NCBI GenBank assembly: GCA_045654505.1 | Contig: JAZONM010000005.1 | Coordinates: 162,183 to 226,182, forward strand | Length of the DNA: 64,000 nucleotides | From: Clostridia bacterium | GTDB taxonomy: Bacteria > Bacillota > Clostridia > Christensenellales > UBA1242 | Direction of reading: 5' to 3' | Shown here: positions 34,789-42,335 of the stretch, piece by piece | Position numbering within the stretch: the stretch's first letter is position 1 | Layout of the letters: every line of letters starts with the position of its first letter | Program-made: the position numbers and the translations under genes | The notes under the pieces: model-generated | What the model was told of the DNA's origin: nothing | What the model saw: the letters and a program-made list of their open reading frames with translations, nothing else | Database searches by the model: none

Positions 34789-35541
34789 TTAGTTGTTGTA
34801 ATCTCTAAGAATATTGCGTGCAAGATCAGAGGCGATTATTCTATTTGAAGCATAGAAGTCGCGTCTATCAAATCTTAGTGTAACTTCTTTAGCGATTTTG
34901 TATGGTACTTCACGATAAAAATTCTTTTCGCGTTGCATTTGTGGGCTTAAAGCAAACTCTTTTATAAGGCTTGCAAGATATGCATTGAATATAGTGTCTA
35001 GTGCATTCACGACTTCTTTGTATTCAATACATTCGATAAATGCATTGGCAATCATTTTTTCATTACCATTATGTAGATTTGGGCGATTGCTGATAAAATC
35101 ACACATAATCTCAAACATACTTTTCTTATTGTGTCTGCTGTCATTATAGTTAAAGTCTTTTACAATGCTTGCCACTTTAAAATGAGCATCTATATCGTCA
35201 AATACTGTTTCGACTTTATTTATCATCCCCATACAAATACGTGTACGAGCAAGACCTCTAAGATTTAGTCTGCCGTCTTCAAATATGGTGTAAGAATCCT
35301 CATTATTGAAACGAGTAGCCATCTGAATACCTAGATTAGCAGTTTTGAAAGGGGAGCACACATAGTCTATAAAATACTCTTTTACATTGTCTTTATTAAA
35401 GCTTGACACATTTGCTAATTCAATACACTCATTAAAGACATTGGAAACAACATTTGTTTTGCGCACAAAAAAATCTATTTGCTCATTAAGCAAATACCAC
35501 ACGCTGTCTATTGCTAAGCTTTCTAATTTTTTTGTTTCCAT
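34789..35541 (-). CDS. Hypothetical protein P1 (250 aa)
   Basis: Long ORF with its own promoter and terminator. Weak SD (AAGGAAAA). No motif recognised and no TM segment. Confidence 0.65.
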   Translation of the reverse strand: METKKLESLAIDSVWYLLNEQIDFFVRKTNVVSNVFNECIELANVSSFNKDNVKEYFIDYVCSPFKTANLGIQMATRFNNEDSYTIFEDGRLNLRGLARTRICMGMINKVETVFDDIDAHFKVASIVKDFNYNDSRHNKKSMFEIMCDFISNRPNLHNGNEKMIANAFIECIEYKEVVNALDTIFNAYLASLIKEFALSPQMQREKNFYREVPYKIAKEVTLRFDRRDFYASNRIIASDLARNILRDYNN

Positions 35542-35561
35542 TTTTCTTATTTTCCTTTTAT

Positions 35562-35591
35562 ATTATAAAATTTTATGTTTGTGCTTGTCAA
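35562..35591 (-). promoter_or_regulatory. Promoter of P1
   Basis: On the minus strand: TTGACA (plus strand 35586-35591), 17-18 nt, then TTATAAT. Confidence 0.55.
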
Positions 35592-35612
35592 ATTTTTTAA
35601 TGACATATAGAC

Positions 35613-35650
35613 ATAAAAAAAAGAAGGTTTGCACCTTCTTTTTTGTTTTT
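35613..35650. terminator. Terminator of P2 (symmetrical A-run/T-run hairpin)
   Basis: A8, stem aagaaggt, loop ttgc, stem accttctt, then a T-run. It separates the P2 stop (35691) from the P1 promoter. Confidence 0.8.
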
Positions 35651-35690
35651 GATACTATAATAAAAGTCAAACAACATCGGCTTTTTGTAA

Positions 35691-36452
35691 TTACATAACT
35701 TTTTCATTTATTATGCTGCTTCTGATTTTAGTCGCAGTCGTATTTTTGTACTCTTCTGGAGTATAAGCAAGTCCGTGTTTTTTTGTGGAAATTTCAGATA
35801 TTTTCGAATTGAATTCGTGTAGCCAGAATGAAATATTTACTGAGGGATATTGTCTAGCCAATTGTCTACATTGTCTGCGATTCAATTGCTGTTGTTGGGC
35901 ATATGATTCCAGTTGTTGTTTCACAACTTCCTCGCTGCAGTATTCTAGGTCGAAAATATTTATTGTACTGCTTCTTTGTTTGTCTATTCTGGTATATATA
36001 TCTTTTGTGTATTCATTTATGGTAGTGTTTTTCAATTTCTCAAGTTTTACCAAAACAGCATTTGGAGGGAGATTGTCCCAATTGTGTTCGCTTGCTATTG
36101 CGCTTGCAATACGCTTTCTTTCGTTGAGATTGTGTGCAAATTCCAATGAAGTAATGCTATTGATTATACTTTTAATGTCTTTTGTGTAGTATTGACTAAA
36201 TAAAAAAGAACAATCATATTTTAAACCAAACATTCTTTCTACTTTTGTACTTTTATCAATACTTGCTGCTATATCTATCAATTGAGAATGTATTGATGTC
36301 TTGAGAAATTTATCATCGTGTGGTGTGTTTGTAGTGGAGGAAAGAGCCTTTTTGACAATGGCATAAATGTCTTGGGTGTACTTGTGAATATATTCTGATA
36401 TTAAATTGTCGCAAAGTAAAATTGTGTTTTCTACTAGATTATTGTCAGCCAT
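35691..36452 (-). CDS. Hypothetical protein P2 (253 aa)
   Basis: Perfect AAAGGAGGAAAAAATG start context on the minus strand and its own terminator. Contains a Q-rich segment (QQQQLNRRQCRQLARQ). No motif recognised. Confidence 0.7.
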   Translation of the reverse strand: MADNNLVENTILLCDNLISEYIHKYTQDIYAIVKKALSSTTNTPHDDKFLKTSIHSQLIDIAASIDKSTKVERMFGLKYDCSFLFSQYYTKDIKSIINSITSLEFAHNLNERKRIASAIASEHNWDNLPPNAVLVKLEKLKNTTINEYTKDIYTRIDKQRSSTINIFDLEYCSEEVVKQQLESYAQQQQLNRRQCRQLARQYPSVNISFWLHEFNSKISEISTKKHGLAYTPEEYKNTTATKIRSSIINEKVM

Positions 36453-36478
36453 TTTTTCCTCCTTTATTTTTTTGGTAT

Positions 36479-36487
36479 ATTATATCA
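36479..36487 (-). promoter_or_regulatory. Extended -10 element (TGaTATAAT) upstream of P2
   Basis: The minus strand reads atGATATAATata about 30 nt upstream of the SD. No good -35 was found. Confidence 0.35.
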
Positions 36488-36599
36488 TATTGTAAAGTGA
36501 AAATCTAGATGCAATTTGAAAAAATATAACATAAAATTTGTTATATAATTATATAAAATAAAAGAAAAACAAATTTATAAAAAATATATGTAAGAAGTA

Positions 36600-36628
36600 T
36601 TGACAATAGAAGTTAAATAGATTATAAT
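36600..36628 (+). promoter_or_regulatory. Promoter of rplJ-rplL
   Basis: TTGACA at 36600-36605, 17 nt, TATAAT at 36623-36628. Confidence 0.65.
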
Positions 36629-36778
36629 ACACACGTAAATTGAATATTTCGTTTCGCCAAAGACAGCAAGTACAAAGGTAAATCTTGCCGAGGTAAGTAG
36701 TAAGTGATAATTATATCTCTACGCTTATTTGGCGTGGAGATTTTCTTTTTATAATCACATTTAAAAAGGAGAAATATA
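36629..36778 (+). promoter_or_regulatory. Probable ribosomal protein L10 leader (autoregulatory 5' UTR) with a terminator-type attenuator
   Basis: ~150-nt UTR ending in the hairpin atctctacgc / gcgtggagat (36715-36741) plus ttttcttttt, just before the rplJ SD. This is the layout of the Firmicute L10 leader. The covariance model was not run. Confidence 0.55.
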
Positions 36779-37267
36779 GTGAGCGCTAATCAAGAGTTAA
36801 AAAAGAAAGTTGTTGCCGAACTTAAAAGCGAATTTGAAGGCGCAAAGTCAATCATTTTTGTAGACTATCGTGGTATCAATGTATCTGAAGACACAAAACT
36901 TAGAAAGACTTTCCGTGAAGCAAATGTAACTTATAGAGTTTGCAAAAACAACCTACTAAAACTTGCTCTTCAACAACTTGGCGTTACAGGAATTGAGCCT
37001 ACATGGCTTGAAGGTACTACTGCAGTAGCATATTCTACTGATGAAGTTGCACCTGCTAGAGTATTCTGTAAAGCTGCGAAAGAGCTTAACAAAATGAACG
37101 TTAAATTCGGTATTGTTGATGGTAAGTTAATGAACCAAAGCGAAGTTGAAGCATTGGCAAAAATTCCTTCAAAAGAAGTACTTATTGCTATGTTGCTTGG
37201 TCAACTTCAAGCCCCAATTTCTGCTTTTGCAAGGGCTTTAAATCAAATAGCAGAAAAACAAAATTAA
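36779..37267 (+). CDS. rplJ: 50S ribosomal protein L10
   Basis: GTG start 7 nt after AGGAG. ..IIFVDYRGINVSEDTKLRKTFREANV.. is typical L10. Confidence 0.95.
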   Translation: MSANQELKKKVVAELKSEFEGAKSIIFVDYRGINVSEDTKLRKTFREANVTYRVCKNNLLKLALQQLGVTGIEPTWLEGTTAVAYSTDEVAPARVFCKAAKELNKMNVKFGIVDGKLMNQSEVEALAKIPSKEVLIAMLLGQLQAPISAFARALNQIAEKQN

Positions 37268-37292
37268 TTTATATTTATAAGGAGAAATTAAA

Positions 37293-37667
37293 ATGGCAGA
37301 TCTTAATAAATTTGTTGAAGAAATCAAAGGTCTTACTGTACTAGAAGTAAGCGAATTAGTAAAAATGTTGGAAGAAGAGTTTGGCGTAAGCGCAGCTGCT
37401 CCTGTTGCTGTTGCTGGTGCTGCTCAAGCTGATGCTCCTGCTGCTGCAGAAGAGAAAAGCGAATTTACAGTAGTATTGAAGGAAGTAGGCGCTAATAAGA
37501 TTGCAGTTATTAAAGTTGTTAAAGAAATTACTGGTCTTGGTCTTGGCGAAGCAAAAGCTATCGTTGATGGCGCACCTGCTAATGTTAAAGAAAACGTTCC
37601 TACAGACGAAGCAAAAGCAATTGAAGCAAAACTTAAAGAAGCTGGCGCAACTGTAGAACTTAAGTAA
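37293..37667 (+). CDS. rplL: 50S ribosomal protein L7/L12
   Basis: Ala-rich hinge and C-terminal ..[22 protein letters not shown].. Confidence 0.97.
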   Translation: MADLNKFVEEIKGLTVLEVSELVKMLEEEFGVSAAAPVAVAGAAQADAPAAAEEKSEFTVVLKEVGANKIAVIKVVKEITGLGLGEAKAIVDGAPANVKENVPTDEAKAIEAKLKEAGATVELK

Positions 37668-37688
37668 TCCTAATTTAAATGTGAATAA

Positions 37689-37716
37689 AAAAGACCTATT
37701 TTTAGGTCTTTTTTTG
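37689..37716. terminator. Bidirectional terminator between rplL and the DUF1540 gene
   Basis: A-run, stem aaaagaccta / taggtctttt, then a T-run. Confidence 0.8.
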
Positions 37717-37756
37717 TTTTGTGCATAGTACTACTCAAATTGAATAATTTTCAATA

Positions 37757-38083
37757 TCACTCTTTTATTCGTGTTATGCACTCTGCGGTATTGGAGCCGT
37801 GTTGGAGAGTGATGCCATTGCTATAACACTTACGGTCATTATTGAAAAGACAATTGACGCAGTCGCAGTGGATGTCGACTTTTTTGTTGTGTCGATAGGG
37901 ATGGACAGTGGGTTCTTTTTCAAACATATCGCGGCTTACATCTTGTTGTTGGCGAGGAGGGAGTGTGTCATCATATCTCTCATATGATGCACACATTCCG
38001 TCATTAGTGACTGCAATCCCTTTGCATACACAACAGTATGCGTCGTTGTTTTTACAGTTTAGTTGTCTACATTTCAAATCCAT
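37757..38083 (-). CDS. DUF1540-like Cys-rich protein (two Cys-rich half-repeats)
   Basis: C-x4-C-x7-CC-x-C..C in the N-terminal half and C-x-C-x2-C-x8-C..C in the C-terminal half resemble the DUF1540 pattern. 108 aa. Confidence 0.55.
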   Translation of the reverse strand: MDLKCRQLNCKNNDAYCCVCKGIAVTNDGMCASYERYDDTLPPRQQQDVSRDMFEKEPTVHPYRHNKKVDIHCDCVNCLFNNDRKCYSNGITLQHGSNTAECITRIKE

Positions 38084-38112
38084 TTCAGCGCTCCTTTATA
38101 TCACTATTATTA

Positions 38113-38141
38113 TTGACTTTTAAGCGGTGTTTTATTACAAT
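38113..38141 (+). promoter_or_regulatory. Promoter of rplI
   Basis: TTGACT at 38113-38118, 17 nt, TACAAT at 38136-38141. It shares TATTGACTTTTA(A)GCGG with the rpmG promoter. Confidence 0.55.
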
Positions 38142-38164
38142 ATAATTGTAAATATGGAGGAAAT

Positions 38165-38605
38165 ATGAAGGTTGTATTATTGAAAGATTTGAAAGGTAAG
38201 GGTAAGAAAGGTGATGTTATCAATGTAAATGATGGCTATGCTCAAAACTACTTACTTCCAAATGGTTATTGTGTGATTGGTAATGCTAGCAATCTAAACG
38301 AGGCAAAACAAGCAAAAGCGGCTAGTGCTTATCACGAAGAGCAAAACCAAATCAAGGCGCGTGAGCTTGGTGCAAAGCTGAAGAATATTAGTATCGTACT
38401 TGCTGTAAAGTGTGGAGCAAATGGTAAAATATTTGGCAGTGTAACAAACAAAGAAGTGTCAGCGGAACTTGAAAAACAAGGTTTTGATATTGACAAAAAG
38501 AAAATCGAGATGCCGCTTATAAAAAACACTGGCGAATATACCGCAAAAATAAAATTATACGCAAATATTTCTACTGATATAAAAGTCCAAGTAGTGGAAG
38601 GATAA
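38165..38605 (+). CDS. rplI: 50S ribosomal protein L9
   Basis: MKVVLLKDLKGKGKKGDVINVNDGYAQNYLLP.. with GGAGG SD. Confidence 0.95.
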   Translation: MKVVLLKDLKGKGKKGDVINVNDGYAQNYLLPNGYCVIGNASNLNEAKQAKAASAYHEEQNQIKARELGAKLKNISIVLAVKCGANGKIFGSVTNKEVSAELEKQGFDIDKKKIEMPLIKNTGEYTAKIKLYANISTDIKVQVVEG

Positions 38606-38616
38606 TACGAAAAGAT

Positions 38617-39132
38617 ATGTTTAAGTTTAAAAATGTGAGGGGGGGGGGTAACCTCCTAGAAAAAAATACTTACAATAGAATGATTGATGAAATAAAATTT
38701 GATTCTAGTGTAGTAATAGGTGATAAGCAATATAAGGTGCTATCAAAAACCTTCTATTCTAATTTAAATAATCGTCAATTAAAGTATGTAAAATTTGTAT
38801 TAAATAACGATAAAATATTGGTTGTTAATCCTGAAAGAGAATCAATATTTCTTGGGGAAGTGGTAGATGACTTCTATAAAGACGAATACTTCCCAAAAAG
38901 TTTTGAATATGAAGGCAAAACATTTGTAGAGTTTGAAAAAGATATCCAAATCGTAAATAAAATTGAGTTTGGCGAACCAGCTGAATGTGAAGGTGAGTGT
39001 GTTTGGGTAGATTATGTATGTCAAGAAGACAAAACTATATGTATTGACATGGCGTATATCTATAGAGATAAAAAACGTGCTGATATTTTGGCAAAATGGA
39101 TTGATATAAAAACAATAAAAGTAAAGAATTAA
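38617..39132 (+). CDS. Hypothetical protein, tentatively DUF4178-like, with a G10 tract in codons 8-11
   Basis: 171-aa ORF starting 11 nt after rplI. Repeated F.Y.GK.F...W.DY-type beta-rich pattern and an acidic Cys-rich stretch, EPAECEGECVWVDYVCQEDKTIC. No obvious SD. The family assignment is from memory only. Confidence 0.5.
   Translation: MFKFKNVRGGGNLLEKNTYNRMIDEIKFDSSVVIGDKQYKVLSKTFYSNLNNRQLKYVKFVLNNDKILVVNPERESIFLGEVVDDFYKDEYFPKSFEYEGKTFVEFEKDIQIVNKIEFGEPAECEGECVWVDYVCQEDKTICIDMAYIYRDKKRADILAKWIDIKTIKVKN
38638..38647 (+). repeat. Homopolymeric G10 tract inside the coding sequence
   Basis: gtgaGGGGGGGGGGtaacc. It encodes R-G-G-G. It is the longest G/C run I saw in the window. Confidence 0.95.
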
Positions 39133-39159
39133 GATAGTGTAAGAAGAGGGGTTGTGGAT

Positions 39160-39543
39160 ATGACAAAATTAACATTAAAACAAGTAGAATATATCAAATT
39201 GGCAGAAAAATTGGTATTTACTACTGCAAGTAAAGATGCAAAACCTCGTAGTATCTATGTGATGCCTAGCAGAATTGAAGAGGACAGGATTATCTTATCA
39301 AACATTCAAATGGATAAGTCTCTGACAAATATATTGGAAAACAATAATTGCTTTTTAAATGTTTATCTTCCCGATGAGGACGATTTGCAAATAAAAATCG
39401 AGGGCAAAGCAGAAGTGGTAGATAATGGCTCTTTGTATGAAGAAATAAAGGAATATGAGGAAAGTGAAAATTTGCCACCTGAGCTTAAGGTAAATTCGAT
39501 TATTATAGTAAAAGTAGTCAGTGTCGAAGAGACAAATGGTTGA
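39160..39543 (+). CDS. Pyridoxamine 5'-phosphate oxidase-fold (flavin-binding split-barrel) family protein
   Basis: ..KLVFTTASKDAKPRSIYVMP..DRIILSN.....SLTNILENNNCFLNVY.. resembles small PNPOx-like proteins. ATG 39160 lies 8 nt after GAGGGG; GTG 39154 is also possible. Confidence 0.6.
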   Translation: MTKLTLKQVEYIKLAEKLVFTTASKDAKPRSIYVMPSRIEEDRIILSNIQMDKSLTNILENNNCFLNVYLPDEDDLQIKIEGKAEVVDNGSLYEEIKEYEESENLPPELKVNSIIIVKVVSVEETNG

Positions 39544-39552
39544 TAATTTATT

Positions 39553-40653
39553 ATGGAGGGGTATATGACAGACAATTTGAATACGATAGCTTTTCACATA
39601 ACAGATAATTGCAATGCTCATTGCCCGATGTGTTATGAAAATGCTCAGCAAAATTTGGACCTTAATGGCGAATTGGACACATTGAAAAAGATTGCACATA
39701 ATGCGATTAGATATGGAAAAGTGGAAAATTTTTTAATGGTAGGTGGCGACCCATGTGCATTTCCACACCTTATTGAATTGATGCGATATATCAAGGATGA
39801 GGGTGAGAGGTATGGTGTAGATACTTTTATTGAAGTTTTGTCCAATACGCATGATTACAGAGAAAACGGTAAAATTGTGCCAATGGAAGAGGTTGTAAAG
39901 TTGGTGGACAAAATGAATATTACTGTTCATGGTTCTACGCCTTTACTTCATGATATATTTAATGGTGTGCCAGGATCGTATAATCATATGATAGAGAATG
40001 TGAGAAAGTATATTGAATGTAAAGGGGACGATCAGTCTGTCGGACTTACTTTAAATATAATGCCACACACTATATATTCTTTAGAGAACATTATTCTTAA
40101 TACAAACAGGGATTTGGGTGGAAATATTGTTGATTTGTGCATACAAAGAATTGCACCAGTAGGAAGAGCTGAAGGAAATCTTGAGTTTTTGATTGAAAAA
40201 CCCGATGTAAATGTTTTTATGCCGGTATTGGAAAAAGCGTATCAATCGGGAATGGGTATCGATATCTGTGATTGTTTTCCGTATTGCTCAGTAAAAGATG
40301 AATATCGTCATTTGCTTCCTAAAGGCGGTTGTCAATGGGGAAGAAATATTTTATCTGTGCAAAGAAATGGTGATATGACGCGTTGTGCGCTGTCTTCTAG
40401 AGTTATTGGAAATATGGTAAAACTTGACAGCGAAGAAAAGTATTTTGATTGGTGGGAAAACTGTCCAGAATTGGAGTCTTTTAGAAGAGGTGCTCATTTG
40501 AATGAAGCCTGCAAACAATGCAAACAAGTAGATGAATGCGGCGGAGGGTGTTTGATGGCTCGAGATACAGGTGACCCATACAGATTTGGTGCTGAAAATG
40601 TCACTACAGGAAGAGATTATTTAGCTACTACAGATTATAAAGACGGAAAATAA
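39553..40653 (+). CDS. Radical SAM enzyme with a C-terminal SPASM/twitch-like Cys cluster
   Basis: CNAHCPMC (CxxxCxxC) at nt 39610-39633. C-terminal cysteines are CDCFPYC, GGCQWG, RCAL and ACKQCKQVDECGGGC. The start is more likely ATG 39565, which follows GGAGGGG. Confidence 0.85.
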   Translation: MEGYMTDNLNTIAFHITDNCNAHCPMCYENAQQNLDLNGELDTLKKIAHNAIRYGKVENFLMVGGDPCAFPHLIELMRYIKDEGERYGVDTFIEVLSNTHDYRENGKIVPMEEVVKLVDKMNITVHGSTPLLHDIFNGVPGSYNHMIENVRKYIECKGDDQSVGLTLNIMPHTIYSLENIILNTNRDLGGNIVDLCIQRIAPVGRAEGNLEFLIEKPDVNVFMPVLEKAYQSGMGIDICDCFPYCSVKDEYRHLLPKGGCQWGRNILSVQRNGDMTRCALSSRVIGNMVKLDSEEKYFDWWENCPELESFRRGAHLNEACKQCKQVDECGGGCLMARDTGDPYRFGAENVTTGRDYLATTDYKDGK

Positions 40654-40682
40654 AAAGATTGCCTAAAGCAATCTTTTTTTTA
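40652..40682. terminator. Terminator after the radical SAM gene
   Basis: Stem aaagattgc, loop ctaaa, stem gcaatcttt, then T9. The upstream A-run gives partial bidirectionality. Confidence 0.85.
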
Positions 40683-40739
40683 TTATTTGTTTTTATCATA
40701 GTGATATTATTTACACTGCACTAAATGTCATTGTTTATG

Positions 40740-41477
40740 TTAGTCGTTGTTTCGATGTACAAATACTATGAAAAAACGAAGAAGTTCTAAAATGCTTACT
40801 ACAAATGATGCTAGATAAGTAAGAGCTGCTGCACTTAGCATCTTTTTACATTCTGCAGTTTCTTCAGTATTTAATATACCACTTGATTGAAGTATTTTTG
40901 TAGCGCGTCGACTTGCATTGTATTCTACTGGAAGAGTGACTAAATTGACCAAAACAGACAAACCGAAGAATATTAGACCTGCCCATACAAAATAATTGCC
41001 AATTGCGCCATTCATGCTTCCAAAACCGAATATAAATCCAAGTATTACAAGAGGCCAAAGCAATTTTGATGATATATTACTGCAAGTGATAGCAAATGTA
41101 CGAAGTTTGATTGGGGCATAATTGGATTTGTATTGTAATGCATGTCCTACTTCATGAATTGCGATTCCAAGGGCTGCTACTGTGTCATTTGAAAAAGAGT
41201 TTTTTGATAGAGATATTACTTTATTCTTATGGTCATAGTAGTCGGACATATTGTCGCCTTGGACTTGTATGGTTATGTCTTGCAGACCTGCGGTATCAAG
41301 CAACATACGTGCGACTTCGCCACCTGTTTTGCCTGATTGTACTTTTATCTTGTTGCATCTGGCAAATGTCATTGAGACTCTTGATTGAGCATATATGGCA
41401 AGCAGCACTCCCGGAATAAGTATTATACCCATTAGGTAATATTCGAAATAAGTGCCTGCAAGTAACAAATTAAACAT
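40740..41477 (-). CDS. YugP-family membrane zinc metallopeptidase (copy 1)
   Basis: HEVGHALQ (HExxH) plus N- and C-terminal TM segments. GGGAG SD. Confidence 0.8.
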   Translation of the reverse strand: MFNLLLAGTYFEYYLMGIILIPGVLLAIYAQSRVSMTFARCNKIKVQSGKTGGEVARMLLDTAGLQDITIQVQGDNMSDYYDHKNKVISLSKNSFSNDTVAALGIAIHEVGHALQYKSNYAPIKLRTFAITCSNISSKLLWPLVILGFIFGFGSMNGAIGNYFVWAGLIFFGLSVLVNLVTLPVEYNASRRATKILQSSGILNTEETAECKKMLSAAALTYLASFVVSILELLRFFIVFVHRNND

Positions 41478-41486
41478 TTTATCTCC

Positions 41487-42182
41487 CTATCTAAAAATTC
41501 TGAAAAGTTTTCTGGCGGTAATAGTAAAATCGTCAAATAAACCAACAATATATGTTTGTGCTGCGATTTTTAAAAATCTTTTTACTTTCGGAACTTCATT
41601 TTTATTGATTATTTTGGCATTGGTAAGAAAACGTATTGCGCGTTTGCTTGCGTCAATTTCTACTGGTATTGTAAGTAGTTTGAATAGCGCATGAAGTGCA
41701 AATAAGATACCTGATGAAATGACCATGTTGAGACCAATAGTTTCGGTTGGCCATTTAAATATCATAAAAGCAAGTCCAAAGATTAGCAGTGGTATGATAA
41801 ATCTATTTGTAAAATGTGTGAATACATTAAGCAGATGATTCAATCTGAAAAGAGGCATATTTTCTTTGTCTTGCATAGCGTGTCCAAGCTCATGAGCTAC
41901 TACTGCGCAGCTTGCTATAGATTCGCTTTCGCAGATGTCTTTACTAAGATACAACATCTTTTTTCTACTGCTGTATGCATCAGTAAGGGTGCCACTTACT
42001 AAAGCAAACTCTATATTAAGATTCATATGTTGTTTGCCGTATGCAGCAATGCGTTCACCACTTATACCATTGTCATTTGGTGTTCTTATATATTTTTTGT
42101 AGGCGCTCATTATTCTTCTTCTGGCGCTAAATAACCAAATAAGGAAAAATAAAACAACCCCACCTATTATTAAGTATGTCAT
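41487..42182 (-). CDS. YugP-family membrane zinc metallopeptidase (copy 2)
   Basis: HELGHAMQ and the same TM layout as copy 1. It lies 9 nt upstream of copy 1. AGGGAG SD. Confidence 0.8.
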   Translation of the reverse strand: MTYLIIGGVVLFFLIWLFSARRRIMSAYKKYIRTPNDNGISGERIAAYGKQHMNLNIEFALVSGTLTDAYSSRKKMLYLSKDICESESIASCAVVAHELGHAMQDKENMPLFRLNHLLNVFTHFTNRFIIPLLIFGLAFMIFKWPTETIGLNMVISSGILFALHALFKLLTIPVEIDASKRAIRFLTNAKIINKNEVPKVKRFLKIAAQTYIVGLFDDFTITARKLFRIFR

Positions 42183-42335
42183 ATCAATACTCCCTTTATA
42201 CTTTAAGATATTATACTTTAAAATACCGATATAAACAAATAATATTGCGAAGTTGTTTTATGAAAAAACTTGAAGTGATTGGTAATAAACTTGCAGTGTG
42301 CACTTGGTTTGTATGAGAGTTGGGATAATGTACAG

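Noticed and set aside
35785-36189. 134-aa plus-strand ORF antisense to orphan P2. If real it would put a gene in the same orientation as rplA and rplJ.
   Set aside because: It has no SD or promoter, and its composition is Cys/Phe/Leu-rich shadow-frame sequence. The minus-strand frame has a perfect AAAGGAGG-N7-ATG start and a terminator.
19599-36599. The orphan islands as classical mobile elements (prophage remnant, IS element or integrative element).
   Set aside because: I found no integrase, transposase, recombinase or phage structural motifs. I also saw no flanking direct or inverted repeats and no tRNA attachment site. The moron-like architecture is noted as a finding, but a mobile-element call is not supportable.
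38637-38660. The G10 run read as an oversized Shine-Dalgarno (GAGGGGGG) for a downstream start, or as one arm of a hairpin with ..cctcc.
   Set aside because: The next in-frame ATG (38680) is more than 30 nt away, too far for SD function. Only about 4 bp (gagg/cctc) can pair.
41111-41694. Plus-strand ORFs of 102 and 80 aa antisense to the two YugP genes.
   Set aside because: They are shadow frames of clear HExxH peptidase genes and have no translation signals.
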